From an uncultured Acidimicrobiia bacterium (GTDB taxonomy: Bacteria > Actinomycetota > Acidimicrobiia > Acidimicrobiales > CAZWPY01), in NCBI GenBank assembly GCA_964635475.1, contig CAZWPY010000041.1, positions 1 to 23,490 of the forward strand: a stretch of DNA of 23,490 bases, written 5' to 3'. Positions 1 through 8,499 of the stretch are shown piece by piece. Positions within the stretch are counted from its first letter, which is position 1, and the number at the start of each line of letters is the position of its first letter. The position numbers were made by a program, and so were the translations under genes. Below the pieces are notes generated by a model. It was not told where the DNA came from. It saw nothing but the letters and a program-made list of their open reading frames with translations, and made no database searches.

Positions 1-243
1 CATTGCGGGTCGGTGAAAAAGTCCATGACAAACTCTCCCTGCTGTCTGTGGGTGGCGCATCCGCCCACAGACAACATCCAACTCTCCGAAGGCCCCGGCC
101 GTCGGCTTCATTGCGGGGGGACGCTGCCTGTGCGCCCGGTGGTGGCGTCACCGTCCTCTCCGACGGTCCCGGCAGTTGGATGTGATCAGCGCCGAGCTGG
201 TGGCCTTGTGTTCAAGCGCACTGGCTTCTGCGAAGCTGGGTGG

Positions 244-879
244 ATGTCGGCGTTGAGAGGTCGGGTGTTGGCGGCGTCGTTGGGGGCCGTGTCGTGGACA
301 GTCCTTGAGTACGGATTACACCGCTTCGCCATGCACGAGATGCGCGGCCGCGGGCTGCCCTCGGTGGAGCATCTGAAGCATCACGCCGACGTCACGTACT
401 TCTCCCCCGCGTCAAAGAAGATCGGCTCGGCCCTCATGACGACCGCTGGCGTCTACCCACTGGCGAGGTTGGTCGTGGGTCCGCAGCGGGCCAAAGCGTT
501 CGTGGCCGGCGTGATCGCCATGTATTACGGCTATGAGATCGCCCATCGCCGCACCCACACCCATCCCCCAAAGGGACGCTATTCGCGCTGGGCGCGCAAG
601 AATCATCTGCACCACCACTTCGGTGCGCCCATGCGGAACTTTGGCGTGACGACTCCGTTGTGGGACACCGTGTTCGGTACCGCGGACGTCGTCGGGACAA
701 TCTCAGTACCGCGGCGGATGGCCCCGGTTTGGCTACTCGACGAGCACGGCATGGTCCACCCGAGGTTCGCCGAGGACTACACGGTCAAGGGCCGCGCACT
801 CGCCGCCGCAAACGCCGGGCTCGTCGAACAGGACCGCATCGACGCCTTCGCGAACCGCATCCCCTCCGCCGAGCAGTAG
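244..879 (+). CDS. fatty acid hydroxylase / sterol desaturase superfamily membrane protein
   Basis: Histidine-box motifs typical of the family: HRFAMHE, HLKHH, HRRTHTH, HLHHHFG. Several hydrophobic segments. ORF frame 13..879; ATG at 244 chosen because third-position GC is clearly lower upstream of it. The alternative GTG at 13 cannot be excluded. Confidence 0.55.
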   Translation: MSALRGRVLAASLGAVSWTVLEYGLHRFAMHEMRGRGLPSVEHLKHHADVTYFSPASKKIGSALMTTAGVYPLARLVVGPQRAKAFVAGVIAMYYGYEIAHRRTHTHPPKGRYSRWARKNHLHHHFGAPMRNFGVTTPLWDTVFGTADVVGTISVPRRMAPVWLLDEHGMVHPRFAEDYTVKGRALAAANAGLVEQDRIDAFANRIPSAEQ

Positions 880-906
880 ATACCGCAGATACCGCAGATA
901 CCGCAG
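880..906. repeat. 9-bp tandem repeat ATACCGCAG x3, immediately after the stop codon of the hydroxylase gene
   Basis: Direct reading: tag|ataccgcag ataccgcag ataccgcag ctga. It lies in the 55-bp gap between convergent genes. Confidence 0.9.
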
Positions 907-934
907 CTGACCCAAGTCGAGCGAGTCCCGGAGG

Positions 935-1978
935 TCAGCCGGGTTGCATGTCGAGGCCGAGGTGGCGCACGGCGTTGTCGTGCAGAACCGCGCGGCGCAA
1001 CGCCGCATCGCCCTCGGTGGCGATCAACACGCGGGCCAGCGTCAAGGCCTGGTGGTAGAAGGGCCAGTCGGTCCCATAGAGCACGCGGTCGGCGGGCACC
1101 GTGTCGAGCACTTGCCGCAGCGCGCCCAGACCAAGGCACGACAACTCGAAATACGTGTTGGGGTAACGCTGCGCGAACCCGAGTGCCGCCTCGTGTTGCA
1201 GCGCGCCCGAGTGGCCGAGCACGAACGTCGTCTCAGGGTTCTCGGCGATCGCTCGCTCGTACCGTTTGACCTGACTGCGGCGCCGAGCGGCCTTTGGCTC
1301 GATCCCCACCGGGCCGCAGTGGAACAGCACCGACAACCCGTGCGCGCCACACCGTTGGCACAAGTGCACCGTGCGGCGATGGTCCGGGGCAATGAACTGA
1401 CCGTTGGGATGAAGCTTGATGCCGCGCGCACCGGCGGCCCGTTGCGCGGCCAAACGTCGGTCGTGATCCCGATCGAGCGGGTGGACCGACCCGAACGGGA
1501 TCAGAGCGGGGTAACGACGGGTCGCCTCAAGGATGGTGTCGGCGTTGCGAGCTCCGATCGGCAAGTCGAACGGCAGAACCACGCTGTGCACAATCCCGAG
1601 CGCGTCCATGTCTCGCAGCAGATTGGGCGCGGTGTGGGTCGTGCGTATGCCCTGCCGGGTGAGCGACAGCACCGACACGTCAGCCTTCATCACGAACAAG
1701 GAGGCGTCGTCGAAGTTGACGTTGCTGTACACGTCGAGGTCAACCGGCGAGGTGACCGGCAGGTAGTAGGCAGTCGTCGGGGTCTCGCGGTGGAGGTCGA
1801 TCCCCAGTGGGCGCAGGAAACTCATCGCCAAGTGGGTGTGGAAGTCGACCACCGGTCCGATCTCCTCGGCGGCCCCGTCGGCGAGCACCAGTCGGTTGCC
1901 GCTCTTGACCTCGAACCACGGCAGGCGCGAAAGGTCGAGCACACTGTCGAACCGGGTCGGATAGGTGTTGGTGCTCAT
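935..1978 (-). CDS. amidohydrolase-2 family protein (ACMSD / LigW-type metal-dependent hydrolase/decarboxylase)
   Basis: Motifs VVDFHTHL, HPNGQF, YGTDWPF. The long ORF 935..2584 is trimmed to ATG at 1976-1978 (MSTNTYPTRF...), 7 nt downstream of the stop of the preceding gene. The N-terminal extension has high GC3, so it is probably coding. Alternative start GTG at 1850-1852 (VVDFHTHL, canonical family N-terminus) has a strong GAGGAG SD 9 nt upstream. Confidence 0.6.
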   Translation of the reverse strand: MSTNTYPTRFDSVLDLSRLPWFEVKSGNRLVLADGAAEEIGPVVDFHTHLAMSFLRPLGIDLHRETPTTAYYLPVTSPVDLDVYSNVNFDDASLFVMKADVSVLSLTRQGIRTTHTAPNLLRDMDALGIVHSVVLPFDLPIGARNADTILEATRRYPALIPFGSVHPLDRDHDRRLAAQRAAGARGIKLHPNGQFIAPDHRRTVHLCQRCGAHGLSVLFHCGPVGIEPKAARRRSQVKRYERAIAENPETTFVLGHSGALQHEAALGFAQRYPNTYFELSCLGLGALRQVLDTVPADRVLYGTDWPFYHQALTLARVLIATEGDAALRRAVLHDNAVRHLGLDMQPG

Positions 1979-1985
1979 CAACCCA

Positions 1986-3038
1986 TCATGGCTGCTCGCC
2001 GCGAGACGCCGCACCGGGTCCGAGTCGATCGCGCGCACGTCGCTGCGACGCTCCGGGCAACCGCAAAAGACGACGAGCGTTGGCGTCGAGAGTGGCCGCG
2101 AGGCGGGCGTCACCCAAGCTCGGGTCAAGCGCTTGATCCCAGCCTGCAAAGTTGGTACCGCCGACGAGGTGCTCGGTCCCCACGGCCTCGATGAGCGCCC
2201 GCAGCGCCTTGGGTCCACCGACGTGGGCGTCCCACCACAGGCGACCCAGCAACGCGCTGATCGCGCCTGCGCCGCCGGGCCCCGCAGTCGACCACGGCCG
2301 AGTAGCCGCGGCATGAAGCAGGCGTTCCATGATCCAACTCGTTGCCCCGCCGCCGTGCGACACACAGATGTCGAGTTCCTCATGGCGAGACAGCACTCCA
2401 CCGAGCACCAGCGTCGACACCGCGAGGGCTTCCTCGTAGGCAAACCCCAGCCACAGGTCGGCATCGAATCGCGCGAGGCGCTCGTCGCGCCGAGGGGCGT
2501 CGATGCCGCCGGGTGCCGGGTGGATAAAAAGCGGCACGTCGAGTTCGGCACAGGTCCGGTAGATCGGGTCGAAAACCGGATCATCCAATGGGCGGCCGAG
2601 GTCGGTGCCGATGTAGGCGCCGAGCAGCCCCAAGTCCCCCACCGCGCGGCGCAGTTCGCGCTCGGCGGCTCGCGGGTCTTGCATCGGCAATTGCGCGAGC
2701 CCGGCCAATTCGTTGGGGTGAGCGGCCACGATGGCGGCCAGCGCGTCGTTGTGTGTTTTGGCGAAGGCCGCTGCCGTCGCGGCGTCGATGTGGTTGAAGA
2801 AGGTCAGCGGGTTAGGGGACAGCACCTGGAAATCGATGCCGTGTTCACGCATCTGCTGGAGCCGCAACGCCATATCCATAAACGCGCTGTTGCGGTAGGC
2901 CACCCCGACCAGTTCGTAGTTGCCGACGCAGTACCGCGGTGCTCGGCCCGAGGCGATGCCGTCATCGAGTTCTGGGCCGTAGGTTCCCGCTGCGCCCAGA
3001 GTCTCCTCGAGCACAACGTGGGCGTGAACGTCGATCAC
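1986..3038 (-). CDS. amidohydrolase-2 family protein (ACMSD / LigW-type), paralog of the adjacent gene
   Basis: N-terminus MIDVHAHVV (canonical DxHxH metal site at the N-terminus), FIHPAPGG. GTG start at 3036-3038 overlaps the P450 stop by 4 nt. Confidence 0.75.
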   Translation of the reverse strand: MIDVHAHVVLEETLGAAGTYGPELDDGIASGRAPRYCVGNYELVGVAYRNSAFMDMALRLQQMREHGIDFQVLSPNPLTFFNHIDAATAAAFAKTHNDALAAIVAAHPNELAGLAQLPMQDPRAAERELRRAVGDLGLLGAYIGTDLGRPLDDPVFDPIYRTCAELDVPLFIHPAPGGIDAPRRDERLARFDADLWLGFAYEEALAVSTLVLGGVLSRHEELDICVSHGGGATSWIMERLLHAAATRPWSTAGPGGAGAISALLGRLWWDAHVGGPKALRALIEAVGTEHLVGGTNFAGWDQALDPSLGDARLAATLDANARRLLRLPGASQRRARDRLGPGAASRGEQP

Positions 3039-4306
3039 CGGGGAAAAACCACGGGATATCGGCCCCAGTACCCGCGAGTGCTGGCGAGATCGATCGTGGG
3101 TGGATCTGACGGGTCGGGCCTCGCGCCGGCGTCGAGTACAGCTCGCAGGGCCACGGGGACGAGGCCATACAGGTGATCGTCGCCCACGTCTCGACCCATC
3201 GGATCAAGGCCCGCGGCCAGATCTTGGCCGATACAGGCGTGCATCCCGAGGCCGAAACTCAGACCCCACGGTGCAACCCCTGGCGGCAGCTCACGGTGCG
3301 GATCGAACTCGCTGGCGTTGTCGCCAAAGACTTCGGGATCTCGATTGGCGGACATGAGGTCGATGGTCAGGCGCGCCCCGCGGGGAACGTGCACGGGTCC
3401 GGGTAGGTCGAGATCGGCAAGAGCCCACCGCATCGCGACGGGGCTCGATGGCTGAAGGCGGACCGTCTCGTGCACGCATCGCTGCAAGAACATCTGGTCG
3501 TGACACGCTCGAGCAACGTGGTTGGGGTGGCTTTCCAGAAGCACAAACAGATGGTGCAGAGTCCGCACGAACGCGGTTGCGCTCGTGTGCGCGCCAGCCA
3601 GGAGAAAGAAACAGATCTCGCGCAGGACCACGTCGGGCGGGAGGTGCAGGTTGTCCTCGTTGGCCAACAGGGTGCTCAAGACGTCTCGCGGAAGCTCAGC
3701 CCCGGAGCCCGACGCGGAACTGGCCGATCCCGCCCCGGTCGTGGCCGGCCCGGCCGACACCGCCCCGGCGGCGCTCGGGTTGTGCGCGGCCAACAAGGCT
3801 CGGCGGCGCTCGATCGAGGGTTTCAGAAACTCCTCGTCGAACTCACTCATCGCCCGGGCCACCTCTTCACGTTTGGCCGCACGGTCACCGGTGTAGTGCG
3901 CCAGTGTCGCCCCCTGGATGAAGATCATGAGGAACTCATACAGGCGCATCGTCTCGGCGCGGGTACCCAACGGTCGGTCGACACCCGCTGTAAGGGCGGC
4001 GAGGTTCATCATCAGTTCGTGGCTCAACGTCACGAGTTCCGCGCGGCCAGCGGCGATATGCGGGGCAAGGGTTGCGGCGACCACGGGCGGGAAGTAGTCG
4101 CGCTCGTACAAACGATGCGTGTCCTTACGGAATAGGCGATTTTCCAGCCGCCGCCGAGCCCGGTGGGCATCGCCGTGCAAATTCACCAGCACGTCGGCCA
4201 TCACGACCTCGCCCTCGTCGTAAAGCGCCTGACGCAGTTCCTTCTGGCGAAAGGCTTCTCGCGCTTGGTGGTACGTGGAGACGGTGATCTCGATGGGTTC
4301 AGACAC
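3035..4306 (-). CDS. cytochrome P450
   Basis: Heme-binding loop FGLGMHACIGQDLA (FxxGxHxCxG), ExxR (ETVR) and I-helix LLAGAHTS. GTG start. Its start overlaps the ThuA-like stop and its stop overlaps the next gene's start. Confidence 0.85.
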   Translation of the reverse strand: MSEPIEITVSTYHQAREAFRQKELRQALYDEGEVVMADVLVNLHGDAHRARRRLENRLFRKDTHRLYERDYFPPVVAATLAPHIAAGRAELVTLSHELMMNLAALTAGVDRPLGTRAETMRLYEFLMIFIQGATLAHYTGDRAAKREEVARAMSEFDEEFLKPSIERRRALLAAHNPSAAGAVSAGPATTGAGSASSASGSGAELPRDVLSTLLANEDNLHLPPDVVLREICFFLLAGAHTSATAFVRTLHHLFVLLESHPNHVARACHDQMFLQRCVHETVRLQPSSPVAMRWALADLDLPGPVHVPRGARLTIDLMSANRDPEVFGDNASEFDPHRELPPGVAPWGLSFGLGMHACIGQDLAAGLDPMGRDVGDDHLYGLVPVALRAVLDAGARPDPSDPPTIDLASTRGYWGRYPVVFPR

Positions 4307-5012
4307 GGGCGCGGCCCTCCTTGCGTGCGTGGGTCAACCACTGGGCGCTGCGCTGCACGACCTGCCGGTGAGCAGCGTGGCTGACGGCGGCGGCGTTGTG
4401 GCCAAGCAGATCGGTAACCACTCGGCCCCGACCCACCGAACGTGCCCACAACACCGGGTGGTCGACCCCCTCCCGACGACTGGCGAGCAGCGGGACCAGG
4501 TCGGGCGACTGATCGAGTGACTCGTAGATCTCATCGTCGATCATGAACTCGGCCACACCCGCGGTGATCTCGTGTTGCTGTCCGGCTGGAGTGGCAGCAA
4601 TCGCGGCGCGCCCCAATGGCGGATGGGACGACCTCCCCCACGCCCACGAGGCGCCGACGCACTCCACCCACAGCGGATGGCCGTCGAAGCAGATCACCGC
4701 AGTGTGGCACGCGAGCAGGCCCCCACCACTGTGGACGAAGTCGTGAAGCGCCCGCGCCTGTTCGTCTCGAAGCTCAAAGGCCCACTGCTCGCGCAGGTCG
4801 CGATAACGCTCGGAGTTCATACTCCAGGCGAGCGCGTTGACGGTGACGAGATCCCACTCGGATGGTCTGGCGAGCAGCTCAGCAAAAGCAGCGTGAGGAT
4901 CGACGAAGATCGTGGATCGCACACCGACCTCGGCAAGGGCCGTGACCAGCGACTGGCTGCTGGCAGCAAAGTCGTGCAGCGGACCGCCAGAGATCACAAG
5001 GTTCGTTATCAA
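4299..5012 (-). CDS. ThuA-like / class-I glutamine amidotransferase-like protein
   Basis: Segments GGGLLACHTAVICFDGHPLW and VLWARSVGRGRVVTDLLGHN resemble the ThuA (trehalose-utilisation) family. TTG start at 5010-5012 overlaps the SDR stop (TTGA). Alternative GTG start 15 nt further in. Confidence 0.6.
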   Translation of the reverse strand: MITNLVISGGPLHDFAASSQSLVTALAEVGVRSTIFVDPHAAFAELLARPSEWDLVTVNALAWSMNSERYRDLREQWAFELRDEQARALHDFVHSGGGLLACHTAVICFDGHPLWVECVGASWAWGRSSHPPLGRAAIAATPAGQQHEITAGVAEFMIDDEIYESLDQSPDLVPLLASRREGVDHPVLWARSVGRGRVVTDLLGHNAAAVSHAAHRQVVQRSAQWLTHARKEGRARV

Positions 5013-5860
5013 GACGACTCAACATCGCTGTCGGACACCGTGCCTCGCCCTGGGGTGCCCGGCCCGACGGTGCCTAGCCCCACGGTGTCCACTGCTCGCG
5101 GCCGCGGGAGGGTGCTGATCACGCTCGACGTAACCCCGCCGTCGACCAAGAGCTCGACGCCGTTGATGTAGGCCGCAGCGTCGGACAACAAGAACAACAC
5201 GGCCTGCGCGACATCTTCGGACGTGCCAAGGCGACCGAGCGGAACCCGAGTCGCGCGCAGCTGGCGAATTTGAGGATCGGCATAGATGGGCTCCGACATG
5301 CCCGCATCAATCAGGCCCGGCGCGACCGCGTTCACGCGAATCCCGTGCGGCCCCCACTCCAGCGCCGCTTGCCGGGTGAGCAACGCAACGGCGGCCTTGG
5401 TCGCACCATACGCGCCCGCGTTGGGTCCAGGAGCCACCCCGTTCATGGAGGTCACGGTGACCACCGAGCCCGCCGATCCCGCGGCGATCATGGCCCGCGC
5501 GGCGACCCTTGCGGTGATGAAAGTACCGGTCAGATTCGTGTCCACTACGGCGCGCCAGTCGTCGAGGCTGAGCTCGGCCAAGGGCCCGAACCGCACAATG
5601 CCGACGTTGGCGACCACACCGTTGGGGGCGGCCGTGTCGGTCGCCCGTGCGAACGCCGCAAAGGCCGCCACCATCTCAGATTCCACCGTCGTGTCGGCCC
5701 GAAGCGCTACGGCCGACGCGCCGAGCCGGGCAGCGGTCGACTGTGCGGCCTCGCCGTCTCGATCAACGACGCCAACCACCCAGCCGTTGTGCGCCGCGGC
5801 CGCGGCAATGGCAGCGCCAAGACCGCCGCCGGCGCCCGTCACGAGCACGGTGCGGCTCAC
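5009..5860 (-). CDS. SDR family oxidoreductase (short-chain dehydrogenase/reductase)
   Basis: Rossmann motif TGAGGGLG at the N-terminus and catalytic YGATK. GTG start overlaps the stop of the upstream amidohydrolase (GTGA). Confidence 0.85.
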   Translation of the reverse strand: MSRTVLVTGAGGGLGAAIAAAAAHNGWVVGVVDRDGEAAQSTAARLGASAVALRADTTVESEMVAAFAAFARATDTAAPNGVVANVGIVRFGPLAELSLDDWRAVVDTNLTGTFITARVAARAMIAAGSAGSVVTVTSMNGVAPGPNAGAYGATKAAVALLTRQAALEWGPHGIRVNAVAPGLIDAGMSEPIYADPQIRQLRATRVPLGRLGTSEDVAQAVLFLLSDAAAYINGVELLVDGGVTSSVISTLPRPRAVDTVGLGTVGPGTPGRGTVSDSDVESS

Positions 5861-7209
5861 CGGTGCGCGAGATCCCGCGTGAGCAGCTCGGTGGCCCAGT
5901 TGCCGACCTTCTCCCCGGGCAGCGGCTTACGTTGCGGCCATGGCCGGTTGAGGTCGACGGGCCGACCCCTTGAGATGACATGGCGAATCGTTGACCGGTC
6001 ACCGAGGAGCCCAACGTCGACTGAGGGATCGCCGTCGATCACCACGACATCGGCCTTGGCGCCGGCGCCGAGGAAACCAATCTCGCCCGGCTCCATCCGC
6101 AGCGCTCTGGCCCCGTTGTAGGTGGCGCAACGGATGGCTTCCAACGGCGTGAGGCCCACAGCCTCCACGAGGATCTCGATCTCGCGGGCGTGCCAGTGCC
6201 CATAAGGCGTTAGCGCAAACCCGCTCTCGGACCCCGCCAAGATAGGGACCCCCGCCTCGTGAGCGACGCGCAGCATCGCGGCAGTTGCCTCGATCTCTCC
6301 CCGAAACAGGTCTGCTTGGGTAGCCGAGGTCCCCACCATGGATCCGTAGTCGGCCAGATTTGCCAGAAATGTGAACGTCGGCACGAGAGCACTACCGGCC
6401 GCCACAACCGCGTCCAGTGCGGCCTCGTCGAGATAGCTCGCGTGAAGGATCAGATCGACGCCGGCCTCAGCGGCCAAGCGGGTGGAGTGGGCGCTGCGGC
6501 AGTGAGCCATCGTGGGCGTGTCGAGCGCGTGCGCCGTGTCGGTGACGGCACGAAGCTCATCGAGCGACCATACGGTCAACTCGCCAGCGCGAGACGGCAG
6601 CGACCCGGTGACGTGAATCTTGATCCAGTCGGCGCCGTACTTGATCTGTTGGCGCGTGGTGCGAATCATCTCGTCGCGGCTCGTGACGACATGGGCGTAG
6701 CCCACTTTGCCCGAGTCGGGGATCAGTCGCCCGGCCGTTCCTCCCGCAGCGGTGAGCAGTGCGTTCATGCCGGCGGACATCCGCGGACCCTCGACAATTC
6801 CGGCCTCGATCGCGTCACGCAGAGCCGGACCGAGGTTCCACAGGCCGTCGGGATCCAGAAAGCCGGTGACGCCGGCCAAGAGGAGCTTGCCCACATTGAA
6901 GGCAGCGACGAAGGCTGCCATTGACTGGTCCCGATGAAAGAACAGCTCGTCGTTGCTCGCCGGCTCACCGAACGTGATGTGGCAATGCGCGTCGATTAGC
7001 CCAGGCATAACTGTGCAGCCCGTGGCGTCGATGCGTTCGATCGAGCTTCCTGCGGCTTCGGCGGCACGTGCGATCGGTGCCGCCTCGCTACCGATGGCGA
7101 CGATCGTGTCGCCCTGCAGCAGTACGTCGGTTGGTTCGGTGCGCGGATCGCCCGCTCCGGAAATCACCGAACCCCCGCCGATCAAGATGCCAGAGGCTGA
7201 GTTCACCAT
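5857..7209 (-). CDS. metal-dependent amidohydrolase (PF01979-type, imidazolonepropionase/prolidase-like fold)
   Basis: N-terminus MVNSASGILIGGGSVI...GDTIVAIG with PGLIDAHCH metal-binding motif, plus HVTG and HASY. The long ORF 5857..7392 is trimmed to the ATG at 7207-7209, where the conserved family N-terminus begins. Confidence 0.7.
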   Translation of the reverse strand: MVNSASGILIGGGSVISGAGDPRTEPTDVLLQGDTIVAIGSEAAPIARAAEAAGSSIERIDATGCTVMPGLIDAHCHITFGEPASNDELFFHRDQSMAAFVAAFNVGKLLLAGVTGFLDPDGLWNLGPALRDAIEAGIVEGPRMSAGMNALLTAAGGTAGRLIPDSGKVGYAHVVTSRDEMIRTTRQQIKYGADWIKIHVTGSLPSRAGELTVWSLDELRAVTDTAHALDTPTMAHCRSAHSTRLAAEAGVDLILHASYLDEAALDAVVAAGSALVPTFTFLANLADYGSMVGTSATQADLFRGEIEATAAMLRVAHEAGVPILAGSESGFALTPYGHWHAREIEILVEAVGLTPLEAIRCATYNGARALRMEPGEIGFLGAGAKADVVVIDGDPSVDVGLLGDRSTIRHVISRGRPVDLNRPWPQRKPLPGEKVGNWATELLTRDLAHR

Positions 7210-7496
7210 GGCGCACCGCACTTTGCGAACGCGTCGGCCGTTGGGCGACAGCAGGTCCGCATCGCTGCGGCAGTTGCGCCCGTGGCCCGGTACCGGCGGC
7301 GAGAACCGCCGAACAGGACTTCGGCTCGACGGCTTGTCGCCGTCGACGAGTGCGGCCCGACGTCGGCTCGAACTCCGCCGGACCAAGAACACACCTCACT
7401 GTCGCGGGCCTCGCGCCAGAGCCGAGTCACCACCGTCGGGTCAGGGAACTCGCCATCTGAGGTTGGTGGGCGATGTGTAACTGTCATGTCGGGCCC

Positions 7497-7518
7497 CCGA
7501 AACAGGCGCCGGTTTCGG
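7497..7518. promoter_or_regulatory. 22-bp near-perfect palindrome CCGAAACAGGCG|CCGGTTTCGG in the divergent intergenic region (operator-like)
   Basis: Direct reading. The half-site GGTTTCGG(CG) recurs at about 7624-7633, preceded by the dyad-like CGAACACCGTGTT (7611-7623). Both lie between the divergently transcribed hydrolase operon and the ABC transporter. Confidence 0.4.
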
Positions 7519-7692
7519 CGTTCACCACGGTAGCGACTAGCGGCCGGGCACCGCTTCGGAGGAGACCTGAGCGTGCGCGCGCGAGTCGCGGTGTGCTCCC
7601 CTGCAGCGGTCGAACACCGTGTTGGTTTCGGCGGACCGGGGCGCTGTCCCACCCGCTCGTTACTGTGACGATCTCACGAAGGCGAGGTACAC

Positions 7693-8499
7693 ATGGCGGG
7701 CACTGCAGCAGTTGCAGCCACCGGACTCACTAAGTCCTACAAGGGAAAAGGCGGCCAGGTCGACGCTGTTCGCGGCATCGATCTCAAGGTTGAGCCCGGC
7801 GAAGTGTTCGGCTTTCTCGGCCCCAACGGCGCGGGCAAGTCCACCACCGTGCGCATGCTCACCACGCTGCTGTCGATCACGCAGGGGTCGGCGAGAGTCG
7901 CGGGAATCGACGTCGCGGGCGATCCAGCCGGGGTGCGAACGAAGATCGGGGTCGCGTTTCAAGAGGCGGGCCTCGATGCTCGCCAGACTGGCCGAGAGTT
8001 GCTCACCCTGCAGGGCCGCCTGTTCGACCTCGATGCAGGCCAGGCCGCCACTCGTGCGCAGGAGTTGCTGGAACTCGTCGAGCTCGTCGATGCGGCCGAC
8101 CGGCCGCTCAAGGGCTACTCGGGCGGAATGAAGCGCCGCCTCGATCTCGCGACAGCGCTGGTCAACCGGCCCGAGGTGCTCTTCCTCGATGAACCCACCA
8201 CGGGCCTCGACCCTGCCAGTCGTTTGGTGATCTGGGACGAAGTGCGCAAGATCAACCAGCAGGGCACCACGGTGTTTCTCACCACTCAGTACCTCGAGGA
8301 GGCCGACCAATTGTGCGGACGGCTCGCGATCATCGACAACGGGCTGATCGTGCGTGAAGGAACCCCGTCTGAGCTCAAATCTGAACTACGGACCCGCCGC
8401 GGGCTCGACGCCGACCCGACCCTCGATGACGTCTTTCTCGACGCCACAGGTCGAACCCGAGAACGGCAAGCAGGCGACGTGCAGGAGGTACAAGGATGA
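7693..8499 (+). CDS. ABC transporter ATP-binding protein (DrrA-like, ABC-2 exporter type)
   Basis: Walker A GPNGAGKSTT, signature YSGGMKRRL, Walker B LFLDEPTTGLD. SD-like GGCGAGG 7 nt upstream of ATG 7693. Stop overlaps the permease start (ATGA). Confidence 0.9.
   Translation: MAGTAAVAATGLTKSYKGKGGQVDAVRGIDLKVEPGEVFGFLGPNGAGKSTTVRMLTTLLSITQGSARVAGIDVAGDPAGVRTKIGVAFQEAGLDARQTGRELLTLQGRLFDLDAGQAATRAQELLELVELVDAADRPLKGYSGGMKRRLDLATALVNRPEVLFLDEPTTGLDPASRLVIWDEVRKINQQGTTVFLTTQYLEEADQLCGRLAIIDNGLIVREGTPSELKSELRTRRGLDADPTLDDVFLDATGRTRERQAGDVQEVQG

Noticed and set aside
3-243. Possible upstream extension or start of the hydroxylase gene (GTG 13 / ATG 25) and a 60-aa ORF 3..185
   Set aside because: Third-codon-position GC is much lower than in the confirmed coding part and there is no His-box or TM content. 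It is treated as a leader. It is kept as an alternative start in the feature evidence.
944-2194. 416-aa + strand ORF (and 1965..3176 +, 403 aa) opposite the amidohydrolase-2 genes
   Set aside because: Antisense to two strongly supported CDSs with clear family motifs. Translation is Arg/Gly/Pro-rich with no recognisable domain, which is the typical high-GC shadow ORF.
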